DNA of 64,000 bases. It comes from Lepidodermella squamata. Lineage: Eukaryota; Animalia; Gastrotricha. Below are positions 26,231 through 37,837 of the stretch, piece after piece; the first letter of the stretch is position 1, and each line of letters starts with the position of its first letter. The position numbers and the translations under genes were made by a program. The notes below the pieces were generated by a model that did not search any database, was not told the DNA's origin, and worked only from the letters and a program-made list of their open reading frames with translations. The DNA lies in NCBI GenBank assembly GCA_047495785.1, contig JBLDXI010000028.1:1054001-1118000 (forward strand). The letters are read 5' to 3'.

Positions 26231-27469
26231 CGTAAACTGAAGTAGATATTAAACGTAAAATTAGGATGTTGAGAATTGCCGAAAAAATGGAATAAAGCTT
26301 AGCATCTTTGATGCGCACTGACGGTAATTTTTGCATGTGAACATCTGTCACTTCAACCCGCGCGGGGAGTATCCTCCCTCACGTGAGTTTTTTCCATGTC
26401 GAAATTTAGGCTGATCGACTGAGCGGCTTGTTTGCCTTTGACATGAAGCACCGGCTGTAATGCACCGATGAAAATCGCACACGTTTGTGCCCATTTGCTT
26501 CAAGTTCGAATTTCCATGCATCGTCGCCGAAAATTAACTAAATTTCTAATCCTAAGAATTCGGCACCATATTCGGCATGCAGTAGGTAAGCATCTGCACG
26601 AAGTGCGGAAAAGTGCGGAAAATATTCGTATAATTCGCAGAAAATTCATTTTTAAGGTGGAATTTATAATTTTTATGTCTTCCTCGTTGATAATTCGATG
26701 AAAACTTGCAAAAAGTAAATTAATGAAAAGCCTATAATTTCATTCATTTTTCTTGTCATGTTTTTTCAGATTTTTGAGAATCGTCGGTTTTTAGATAGCG
26801 TAGAGTTTATGGTAGGTTCTCGTATCAATCGCAAGTTGATGTTCCAATCTTTCGTCAAATTGCCTTGACATCTATTTTGCGCTAATTTCATACTAATTTC
26901 ATCGCTAATTTATCACTCACCAACAAGTATCAATATCAATTATCACTTATTCAACCTGGAACGGTCTAGCGTTTCATGTACTATTTGCGGGTGTTCTGCA
27001 GAAGCATCTGCAAATCGCGCAACGGCCCTGACTCTCGATGATTGTTTGTGCCCAACACCTTTACAATTATGTCTTGTTTTGACAAACGTCTCGGAAAGAT
27101 TGGCATGCTTATCCATCTATTGGTTGCATCTTAAAACCAATCAAGTTTGATCTTCAACTGCGCAATGGCTCGGACACTCTACAGCAGACTTCGACGCTGA
27201 TGAAATACCCTGCTGTTAGCGGAACCAAATTACAGAATTTTCTAGTGGCCTGAAATCGCTTTTCGGATATTTATTGCATGTCAAAATTGGCCCCAATAAT
27301 TCTAGAAAATTCACCAGCGAATTCAGCGCAACATTCTCTATAAGACGCAGTGTTCAATTTAAAATCCATGCTTAGCCTAAAATTCTTGGAAATATTCAAA
27401 AAATTACTCTTGGCATGTTTCGAGTTTGGTTCCGCAAATAAGCAAATTTGGTTCCGCTACAGCATATTT

Positions 27470-28144
27470 CGTCGTCGGTGCGGCCAAAAGTAATATGTCC
27501 AAGAGTGATAATTTTGAGATAAATCGTAAAAACAGCTTTATTTTCGAAATTTTCAGTAAAATATGTCACCGAGATGACCAAGGGGGTAGTTGATTACGGC
27601 GGATCGAATGGCGCCGGCCATTTCTACCGGTGATGCACCGTTTTTGCGCCATCGAGACATTCGTTGGACATATTACTGTTTCGTACTTTTTTTGTTATTT
27701 TGTTATGGGGTTTTAAGATAGGGTGGTTCGATTCCTCGTTCACACATCTATTTTTTAAGCTATTTTATTTTTAAGCGTAAAGAAAGAGAATTATTTCTCA
27801 CTTGTTATCAACATCGCGCTGCTGTGGTTCGATCCCTCATGCGTGCATCTATTTTTTCGGCGATTTTTACACTACCATTTTGCTCGCAATTGAGTGATTT
27901 TTTGCTGGACATATTACTTTTGGTGCCCTTTTCGAACTCGTGCCATGGACATATTACTGTTGATTCTGCCGACAAATTGACCTGGTAAAAAAGTCACGAA
28001 AGTGGACATATTACTTTTGATCCCTGGCGAATTTTGAGATGCGGTTTTCAGAATAATGACCGGCGTTAAATTCTGAGTTCGGAACCGTAAAAATCTCATT
28101 TTCGATTTTGGATGGACATATTACTTTTGGCCGCACCGACGACG
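27470..28144. mobile_element. Non-autonomous DNA transposon with 4-bp ATTT TSD (Sola1-like), inserted into a tandem AAATTTGGTTCCGC repeat
   Basis: ~30 bp TIR cgtcgtcggtgcggccaaaagtaatatgtcca / tggacatattacttttggccgcaccgacgacg; ATTT on both sides; removal restores the host repeat unit; internal ggacatattact repeats. Confidence 0.75.
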
Positions 28145-28266
28145 ATTTGGTTCCGATACAGCAAATTTGGTTCCGCTCACCGTATATTTGGTTCCACTAA
28201 AAGATATTCCCTTTTATTATTGTCGTTTTTAGCTACATCGTTTTTGTATTGTCGTTTTTGCTGTAG

Positions 28267-28430
28267 CGGAAATACCCGTGTCGTCAAGGCTTGCAAGCTG
28301 TGGTGCTAAAGTTGAAAACGTCACGTATTGACAATTTATTTTATTAAAAAATTCTCTGATGAGAATAATTATGATTAATATCTGATCGTTGTGAAAAATG
28401 TGAGTGAAATAAACGAACATCGTTGAGTGT
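28267..28430 (+). pseudogene. Orphan last exon plus 3'UTR of a lost GDPD copy
   Basis: gtgtcgtcaaggcttgcaagctgtggtgctaaagttgaaaacgtca matches the copy-1 terminal exon/UTR (24005-24150); stop mutated; no upstream exons present. Confidence 0.75.
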
Positions 28431-28746
28431 GAAAGAACTTGTGTTGCTCTCTCAGCCGTAAACTTTTTTTATCGATTGGACGACCTTACTATTTGCAAGA
28501 AGGAAAAATAAAGCTGTGTAAACAGAGCGTGAAGAAAATGGCATTTTCCACATTGCCTCTACCAAAATCGAGATACCGCATACTAATATCTAGCATTTCC
28601 TTCGTTGGAAGCTGGTTAAGACTGGTTTGCTGGTTTGGTAATTCGTGGAGAAACCTGTCACCTTGGAATCGCCTCAATTTTCAATCTAAGCTCGGCTATT
28701 AATAGAGAATTCAGCTTGCCATTATCTTGAAGATACGGAACTGTGA

Positions 28747-30376
28747 ATGCTGTTGACGGTTTTCCTGAGGATTATCGGCTTTAGCTCGTTCGTGGATATT
28801 TCGGTGAATAACGGTGTCAGTCTGAAACTGCGAGTTATATCATCGAAACCTGATTCAAATTTTGTTCGAGCTACGGTACGTCTCACTAGACAATTAGGAT
28901 TAAAATGGAAAAATCAAAGAATTTTTAGAAAATTTCGGAAACTTGCAAAGAAGATAATTGCTCGAACTCTGGGTCTTCGGACGGCAAGCTAACCCTCGAA
29001 AGCGAAACTGATATTGAGACATTTGCTGTCACCCTGAATAAGCAAGTCGAGGTATGAAACAACTCTTAAATAGTTCGATAGGACATTCGATTTCTTTAAT
29101 CAAGGCGTTGGAGCTTGAAATAGACGATATATCTCGAGTTTTCATCCCATTTTCACTTTTCGAGGATAACACTCTTCCAACGCCGTCAAAGCAAATTTTC
29201 GCCCTCGAAAAAGGCAAAGGCGCTGTGAAGGTCGATGTGTTATCAAGTCGCCCACTTCCCGCCCCAGTTTCGGAAAAACTGTTGAATTTCAAGTCTAGAT
29301 CGTTTGATTTCTTCCAAAAAGCGTCGAATTTGGTGTTCGGCCATCGCGGCATGGGAATCACGTACAGGTACTTCTTGAGAAAGGACGAAAATGGCAAACC
29401 CATCGTCAATCCTTACTACGAAAATACAATCCCATCATTCGACGCTGTTGCCGAATCTGGCGGCGATGGCATCGAATTTGACGTGGTTCTGACTAAGGAT
29501 AGAATTCCGATTATTTACCACGATTTTTACGTGGCTTTGAAAACCGAATGTGGTCATTTTGTCAAAATTCCCATTCACGATTTGACCTATGCCGAAGTTA
29601 AGGAATTGCAACTTTACCACACCGGAGTTTTGATTGCAGTGAAAACCCGTCCGGATTTGGACCCGGAAATGTTCCGGATTCCGAGAGACATCGGATTCCC
29701 ATCTCTGGCTGAAATGTTGCAGAAAACTAACCGAAAATTGGCTTTCAATTTGGAGTTGAAATACCCGCAGTTGGACGCAAATGGCGATCACGAGTGCGAA
29801 AACTATCACGCCCGAAATCTGGTCGCTGATGAAATTTTACGAATTATGGCCGAAAATGCTGGCGATCGGCCTATTGTGGTCTCCACTTTTGATTTTGATA
29901 CCTGCCTGATTTTCGCATCAAAACAGTCCGTATGGCCTGTTGCGGCTTTAACACAGGGAAAAACGAAAATTTGGCCGGCCATGGCTGATTTGAGGACACG
30001 ATCCGTTGAGTCTTCGGCGCAATTCGCGAAAACTAGTGGACTATGGGGCATTAGCGCGCATGCCGAGGATTTGGTGGGTGACAAATCGTTGTTGTCCTAT
30101 GCGAGGAAGACGATTGGCACGGCGATGATAGTTTGGGGTGAACATGTGGCTGATCCTAAGACGGCAGCGACTTTAATGCCACGAAATTCTGGCGCAGCAG
30201 CTAACATTATCATTACGGACAAGTAAGTTTTTCGAATTTGATCGGAAATTTACCGGGAAATGTGGCATTATGCTACAGTTTGAGAGGGCGCTTAGTCAGA
30301 CTAAAATCCTACACTTCTAACAACTTTTTCTTTTCGTTTTAGCACTCCCGGTGTCGTCAAGGCGTGCAAGCTGTGA
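28747..30376 (+). CDS. GPCPD1-like phosphodiesterase copy 2; exons 28747-28875, 28929-29051, 29105-30222, 30343-30376
   Basis: Same motifs and exon structure as copy 1; ends ..VVKACKL*. Confidence 0.88.
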
Positions 30377-32965
30377 TGCTGAAATCGTTTAATATCGATT
30401 ATTTTATTCAACGGCTCTCATTAAATTAGGATTAATCTGAGCTCTTTGACCTTTGACTAACATTTTAATGAAATAAACAACTACTGCTTTGACTTCTCCC
30501 GTGTTATTGTTTGAAGGTTCAGCTTTCATCATCGATTGGAAGACCTTTTGCTATTTACAAGAAGAGGTAGTGAAGCTGTGTGAATAGAGCGCCAGTAAAG
30601 CGGCATTTCCCAGAATGCTTCCATCTAATTTGAGTTCTAGCATACTAATTATTATTTTCGTTAAAAGAAAAAGCTGGTCACGACATCTGCAGGTTTCAAG
30701 CAGATCCCTGCCACCTTCAATTAGCTGGTTACAATCGAAGTTCAATCACAGCTACACGATAATTAATGTTCAGATTTTCTTGAAAATACGGAATATAGTT
30801 TAGAGTCAAGTCATCCGAATGCTATTCACGGTTTTCCTGAGGATTATCGGCCTTAGCCCGTTCGTGGATATTTCGGTGAATAATGGTGTGAGTCTAAAAC
30901 TGCGAGTTATATCATCGAAACCTGATTCAAATTTTGTTCGAGCTACGGTACGTCTCTCTAGACAATTAGGATTAAAATGGAAAAATCAAAGAATTTTTAG
31001 AAAATTTCGGAAACTTGCAAAGAAGATAATTGCTCGAACTCTGGGTCTTCGGACGGCAAGCTAACCCTCGAAAGCGAAACTGATATTGCAACATTTGCCG
31101 TCACCCTGAATAAGCAAGTCGAGGTATGGAAAACTATTGTGAAATTCTTAAAAATTAGATTTCTCAGATGATCAAGGTGTTGGAGCTAGAAATCAATTCT
31201 GGATCTCGAGTTTTCATCCCATTTTCACTAATCGGCGATAACACCCTACCAACTCCATCAAAGCAAGTCATTGCCTTCGAGAATGGCAAAGGAGCCGTGA
31301 AAATCAATGTACTATCAAGTCGCCCACTTCCCGCCCCCGTTCTGGAAAGACTGTTGAATTTTAAGTCTAGATCGTTCGATTTCTTCGGAAAAGCATCGAA
31401 TTTAGTTTTCGGCCACCGCGGCATGGGAATCACGTTCAAGTATTTCCTAAGAGAGGACGAATATGGCAATCCTAATGTCAATCCTTACTACGAAAACACG
31501 ATCCCGTCATTCGACGCTGTTGCCGAATCTGGCGGCGATGGCATTGAATTTGACGTAGTTTTGACCAAGGATAAAATTCCGATAATTTATCACGATTTTT
31601 ACGTGGCTCTGAAAACTGAATCAGGGCATTTTGCCAAAATTCCTATTCATGATTTGACCTATGCTGAAGTCAAGGAATTGCAGCTATACTACAAACCACG
31701 AACAATTGGTTTCCCCACTCTGGCTGAAGTTTTAGTTAATACTAGCCGCAATTTGGCTTTTGACATTGAAGTGAAATACCCGCAGCTCAATTTGCTGGGT
31801 GAGCACGACTGCGAAAGTTACCACGAGAGAAATCTGGTCGCTGACGAAATTTTGCGAATTATGGCCGAAAATGCTGGCGATCGGCCGATTCTGTTTTCGT
31901 CCTTCGATTTTGACACGTGTCTTCTGTTCGCATCAAAACAATCGATTTGGCCTGCAGTAGCGTTGACGCAGCGGAAGACCAAGAACTACGTTCCATTTGC
32001 TGATATGCGGACGCACTACTCGGAATCTTCGGCGCAATTCGTGAAAACCAGTGGCATTTGGGGCATCGTAGTGCTCACCCTGAGGATTTGATAGGGGCTA
32101 AATCGCTGCTTTCCTATGTTGAGAAGACAATTGGCACGGCGATGGCAGTTTGGGGCGAACATTTGATGGATCCTCGGACGACCTCGATTTTAATGTCGAT
32201 AAATTCCGGTGCTGCTGCTAACATCATGATTACCGACAAGTATGTTTTAGATTGATTTTTGATTTTTCACTCAATTGAAAACATTTGCAAAATATAAAAT
32301 ACTTCCACCTACGTAGTAAAATGTTTAACTTGAAATTATTGAATTTTATTTGTTGATTTCTCAAACATTAAATTCTAGTAATTCATTTTTCTTCGCTTTC
32401 GCGATTTCGTTTTGTTTTTCGTAGCCTTCTTTTTGTTCTTCTTATCGTTTTCAAGAGTGACTGTTTTGCCTATGTGCTTCGGCAGTGTCCTTTTAAAAGT
32501 TCGTTAGAGGAATTCCATAACTTGCGTCTTCTATTTTTGGTAGATTTTTGTGACATTTATGAGAACATGACTCAAGATGCATTTTATATGGTCCAAAATA
32601 ACCCGATTTGCACATGAACTTCAGGTGGATGCCCTGCTAAAATCAACCGTAAGACTTTTTTTTGTTTCACGTACCCAAATCGACTGCAAAACTGAGAATT
32701 ATAAGCAAAAAGAACGCATGTGTGCGCATATGTGAACCGCTATTGAAGAGCTACTGAGAGTCGCTATTGAATTGAAGCTTAGAGATTAGAGTTTGCTGCC
32801 ATTGATTCCAAACGCCCACCAATTGCAGTGTAAATATAAAGCTGAATAGATAAGTAGTTGATAGGGGTTGGAGTTTCAAAGTGAAAAACTCACTGTATCA
32901 TGCAAATATACAAGCCAGCGGTACACTGGTCCTGAGCTTGGTTTTGGTCATGGTTTATTCACGAA

Positions 32966-34357
32966 ATGCGAAATTTACCGGGAGTTTTATTAGCAATAGA
33001 GTTTTCATTACTTCTAACTAGCAACAGCCAAACATGTGATAGAGACTCTTGCGACAAAGCCGCAAAGGTGGGCATAGTTGCTCGATTACCATCGCAGGAC
33101 ATCCTAATACCTTACAGTTTGGGAGGCATCGAACGACTTGTATACCCAAAGGAACGACTTAATATCTACTTTTTGAAAAGCGATTCCCAATTGCTACAAG
33201 ACTGGGTTGACGCTAACAAGCACAAGTATGGCGCCGTCAATATCATCGATGGCTCTATCGGCCGAAATCTTACAGATATCGCATCTACTTTTTTGCAAAA
33301 AGATGTTGATTTTTCGCTTCTATTGGAGAAAGGAACGATTTTAGTCGACGAAATGTTACTGGACCACGCAATCGATAGTGGAGCTAATAAAATTTCGCCC
33401 GTTTTGCACCCTGAGACGAAAGGCAAGGTACTTTTCGCAAAAATTGGCGCGCTCGATGGGAAAATTCTGGAAATTCAGGATCGAATTTACGGTTATTACA
33501 TCGATTCAGAGGAAAATTGGATCAAAATCGTGACGTCTCAGGCAATTATTCAAAAAGCGGTTCGTTACAGCCAGCCGCATGTCATACCTCAGCCGTTTAA
33601 TGGCTACGAGCCGGCACTGTCAAAACTAGGCTTCGACAAAATTTATGTTGTAAATTTAGCGAGGAGGAAGGATAGGATGCAAGTTATACAGCGGCTCTTA
33701 CGCATTCATGGGATCGATTTCAAGAGATGGGAAGCGACTGATGGGAATCTTGAGGATGAAATCAGTGGTATAAAACAGGCGGATTTTTTCCAGGCCCGTC
33801 ACACTGGTGCTAAACAGATGAAGCGAGGCGAAGTTGGGTGTTTCTTGAGTCATTACAAAATTTGGCTGGATGCCAGGGCGAAAAATTACCGCAAAATTCT
33901 CATTTTTGAGGACGATATTTGGCTGAAACCGAATTTTGTGGTAGCCGCTGAAAAAACGATGGAAAAGATTGAAAAATTAGAGCCATCGTGGGAGCTATTG
34001 TACTTGAGCCGCGGGACTCGTGGCGAGGAAAATTTGAACTCAGTTATTGGGTCCAATCACCGGCTTCAATACCCAGGGCCTTCAAGTTGGACGTTGGCTT
34101 ATGCACTGAGTAGGCGTGGCATCGAGAAGTTGCTGGAAGAAAGGCCGTTGCAAAAAATGGTTCCAGTTGATGATTATCTGAGTATTAAATTCGACCAGCC
34201 GGGTGAGATAAAGCAGGAGGTTGTGGCGCAGTTCAGAGATCGGACTCTGAACGCAGTGACAGTTCGAGACAATTTAGCTATTCCGTTGTGCTATCCGCAT
34301 TGTTATGACGATGATTTTTTTGCGAGCGATTCTGATACAGTAAATTCAATTTTTTGA
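32966..34357 (+). CDS. Glycosyltransferase family 25 (procollagen galactosyltransferase/COLGALT-like), single exon, nested in GDPD copy 3 last intron
   Basis: Signal peptide; LVYPKER; FDKIYVVNLARRKDR, GEVGCFLSHY, IFEDD, WTLAYALS..GIEKLL, PVDDYL. Confidence 0.85.
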   Translation: MRNLPGVLLAIEFSLLLTSNSQTCDRDSCDKAAKVGIVARLPSQDILIPYSLGGIERLVYPKERLNIYFLKSDSQLLQDWVDANKHKYGAVNIIDGSIGRNLTDIASTFLQKDVDFSLLLEKGTILVDEMLLDHAIDSGANKISPVLHPETKGKVLFAKIGALDGKILEIQDRIYGYYIDSEENWIKIVTSQAIIQKAVRYSQPHVIPQPFNGYEPALSKLGFDKIYVVNLARRKDRMQVIQRLLRIHGIDFKRWEATDGNLEDEISGIKQADFFQARHTGAKQMKRGEVGCFLSHYKIWLDARAKNYRKILIFEDDIWLKPNFVVAAEKTMEKIEKLEPSWELLYLSRGTRGEENLNSVIGSNHRLQYPGPSSWTLAYALSRRGIEKLLEERPLQKMVPVDDYLSIKFDQPGEIKQEVVAQFRDRTLNAVTVRDNLAIPLCYPHCYDDDFFASDSDTVNSIF

Positions 34358-34641
34358 ATAGAAAGTATTTTTTACTGAGGTTTTATGAATAATTTATTGC
34401 TTCGTACCTATTTTTAAACCGTGGAAGATTAATGAAAAAATGACTACAATCATGTGTTTTCAATTTTTTACACAAAGGACTTACTCAAAAGTGAACATTC
34501 CTCAGCCAGAATTAATTCCTATTTTTGGCGCTGAGTTCAAATTTTCAACCTGTTACGACTTAATTATTGTTTGGTGAACTTTTTATGAAATTCTAAAATG
34601 TCAATTCAATTTTTTATTTTTAATATCAATTTTTATTTACG

Positions 34642-35519
34642 GAGTGCCTAATATTTGTACATAATTATGTGGTATATTTTCCCTATTTGTACATAATTAT
34701 GTGGTATATATTCCCTATTTGTACATAAATATGTGGTATATTTTCCCTTTTTGTACATAATTTCCTATTTACAGATTTCACGCTAAAGGTTGATGTTTTA
34801 TATGGTTTAAAAATGTTTTTCTAGTTAATCGCGAGCTGAGACACCTACTGGGCATCATTTGACACATATGGGGTAGATCTATATACACAAAATTGGCGAT
34901 ATTCGTATCGTACACAAATATCGTCGCACAAATGCGTATTAGGGATTTCATCCATGAGAACCTAGAATTTAGCTCCTAAAAAGTTTCATTTATTCTTGTC
35001 AATAATTACTTTCGCAAAACACGTTTTTTGGCTATAAAATCTAGCTTCTCATGAGAGGGTGTAAATCTAGCGAAGGGTTATGGTTAGGGTTAGGGTTGGG
35101 GTTAGGGTTAGGGTTAGGGTCAGGGTTAGGATCAGGGTTAGGATCAGGGTTAGGGTTAGCTTTGGGGCTTGGCCTCGATATGCAAGTGATAATTACGCAA
35201 AAACCCAGGGTAATTATCTGATGGACAACATCCCTCGTACGCATCTGTGCACGATACGAATATCGCCAATTTTTTGTACGTAGATCTACCCTATATGTGG
35301 CAAATGATGCCCAGTAGGTGTCTCAGCTCGCGATTAACTAGAAAAACATTTTTAAACCATATAAAACATCAACCTTTAGCGTGAAATCTGTAAATAGGAA
35401 ATTATGTACAAAAAGGGAAAATATACCACATATTTATGTACAAATAGGGAATATATACCACATAATTATGTACAAATAGGGAAAATATACCACATAATTA
35501 TGTACAGATAGGGGCACTC
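34642..35519. mobile_element. Foldback/Mutator-like non-autonomous element with ~275 bp TIRs and a telomeric-repeat core
   Basis: Near-perfect inverted arms (34642-~34918 / ~35245-35519) with subterminal ~30-bp tandem repeats; ttttattta on both flanks. Confidence 0.8.
35075..35159 (+). repeat. Interstitial (TTAGGG)n-type tract with variants
   Basis: GGGTTA repeats with ggatca/gggtca/ggggtt variants. Confidence 0.9.
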
Positions 35520-35831
35520 TTTTATTTATATTAATTTTCTTGTATTTTCTAGCGCTGCCGGTGTGGTCAAAACCTGTAAAAACTAGACCAAACTTGCTTC
35601 ATCTCAGTCTTGGTTAATTTTGCTACATGTTTTATTATATTGCAATCAATTAAGTGAAGAATTAGGAAATAAAATAATGTATTGAGTCAACCTTATTGTT
35701 TGTTTTATTATTCGTTTCTTTTCTTATCTTTATAAAGCAGAATTGTGATAGCGAGAGACAATGCAGCTGATTAGAGTGCAAAAACAGAGGCATTTTTTGA
35801 ATCGTTGTCTAGCAAAAATTGAGTTTGTTGA

Positions 35832-37440
35832 ATGCTGCTAACAATATTTCTACGTTTCGCTGGTTTGGCGCCGTTCCTCAACCAGGGACCTGCGACTTTG
35901 AATCTGAAAATCGCGTCGTCACAGTCGCCTCAAAATTCAATCAGAGCTACGGTAAAAATATGATTAAAATACAAAATGTCCTAGAAATTCGGACATTTCC
36001 CCCCTAGAAACTTTCCCCATCGTGGCCTCCAGATTCTTTCCCGCAGCCGGACCCAACGATTGCAAAACTTGACATTTCGAATGAAACTGAGTTTGGAACT
36101 TTCACCATTGAATTAGCTGAAAATAAGGTGAATTGTTTTGTTCAGGAATTTTACTTTATTCAGATTTTGTTGCTGTAGAATTTTGAACTCGAAATTTCCA
36201 TCGGCACCCTGCCTGCTAGCCGGTATTTTATCCCGTTCGGTATTTTCGGAGACCAGACACTACCCACCCCGGCTTACCATGTGTTACCATCAAGTGACGG
36301 TTCGGCATCAGTTAAAATCGATTTTCTCACAAGTTTCCAACTTCCGGATTCGATCGCGTCGAAACTCGTAAATTTCAAGTCGAGATCACGTGATTACTTC
36401 GCAACAGCATCTGACCTAGTTTTCGGACACCGCGGCATGGGCACTACTTACGGGAATTACCTAAAAAAAGGCCCTGACGGCAAGCCAATCATAAATCCCT
36501 TCATTGAAAATACAATCCCATCTTTCGACGCTGCGGCTATAGACTACGCTGATGGCGTTGAATTCGACGTAACTTTCACCCGCGATAAAATCGCTGTAGT
36601 CTACCACGATTTTTACGTATGCGTAAAAGCTGAACCGGGCCAATTTATCCAGATCCCAATACACGAATTGACGTATTCCGCCATAAAATCAACCCAGTTG
36701 TACCATACCGGGGTTTTAACCGCAGTTTCAAGCCGACCCGATTTGGACCCGGAAATGTTCCGAATCCCGCGGGACATAGGTTTCCCAACCCTGACCGAGG
36801 TCCTGCAACAGACCGATCCTAAATTATCCTTCAATTTAGAGATAAAATACCCGCAAGATGATATTAAGGGTGTCAATGAATGTCCGGGCTATTTCGACCG
36901 AAATTCAGTCGCTGATTGGGTGATTGAAAATCTAGCGAATTTCGCCGGAGATCGGCCTATAGTTGTGTCATCCTTCGATTTTGACATGTGTTTAACTGTC
37001 GCGGCTAGGCAAAATATCTGGCCTGTAGCTGCCCTCACATTAGGAGGTAGGGCTGCTACGCCTAAGGCGGATCCTAGGACTAGATCGACCCAATACACGG
37101 CCCAATTTGCGAAAACGAGTTTGATGTGGGGAATTAGCGCTAAGGCCGATGATTTGGTGTTTGACAAGTCGATACCGAGTTATGTCCGCGAAAAAGTTGG
37201 CGTTGCTATGATGGTATGGGGCGATGATGTTGACGATCCGAAAGTTGCGGCTGACTTGATGCCGAAAAACTCCACAAGTGCTGCTAATATTATCATCACC
37301 AACAAGTATAATTTAGAATTTTTCAAAAAATATTGAATCTGTTCCTTTTTTGCAGTACACCTGGAGTGGTCAAATCGATTAAAAATATCGATCCGCCGAT
37401 TAGCAACTGCGCAACTTCGAACAAATTGTTTTTATTTTAA
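35832..37440 (+). CDS. GPCPD1-like phosphodiesterase copy 4 (most divergent); exons 35832-35951, 36008-36127, 36179-37305, 37356-37440
   Basis: FGHRG, ENT, DGVEFDV, VYHD, NLEIK; same four-exon structure. Confidence 0.88.
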
Positions 37441-37837
37441 TAGACACAAGTGCCGAGTGATTTATCTGAAAAAAATAAACGGTGAACGCAACATTAATTG
37501 AAAATTGAGGCCATGTGAAGAAGCGCTAATTAAACGTTCGAGTTGTGAACTAATTAAATAAGGCTTCGCGAATTTTTTTTCAATTTTCGAAATTCCTCAA
37601 AAATGAAATTTCACTTTTTAAAACTCACATTACAAAAATTTCAATCCGAAAATTAAATTATTTTGAAAATGTGAAAAATTTAAAATTTTGAAATTCAAAT
37701 TAAGATTTTCGAAAAATGGGACATTTACGAAGCCTTTTACTGGGACATTCCAGTGCAGTTTGCCGAAAATAATTGAAAAAATATGCCAAGTTCAACATTT
37801 TTTTGAGAAAGTCAGTTTTCAAATTGTTCAGTTTTTC

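Larger units (their letters stand above)
30819..35586 (+). pseudogene. GPCPD1-like copy 3, probably disrupted (in-frame deletion near 31690, ~2-bp frameshift near 32068); last exon displaced to 35553-35586
   Basis: QLYYKPRT replaces QLYHTGVLIAVKTRPDLDPEMFRIPRD; ggcatc-gt-agtgctcac shifts frame; donor at 32240, homologous terminal exon (N)AAGVVKTCKN* after tag at 35552. Confidence 0.7.

Noticed and set aside
34654-34760. ~30-bp repeats, and cagtgaca repeats at 42180-42710, as possible CRISPR arrays
   Set aside because: Directly tandem without unique spacers, lie inside TIRs, eukaryotic context, no cas genes
35041-35283. NPNPNP / VRVRVR ORFs (and LGLGLG at 41153)
   Set aside because: Translations of telomeric hexamer repeats
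5876-37440. PMT plus GPCPD1 copies as a choline-metabolism gene cluster
   Set aside because: Separated by unrelated genes (beta-catenin, CEP43, MPP10); no evidence beyond pathway coincidence
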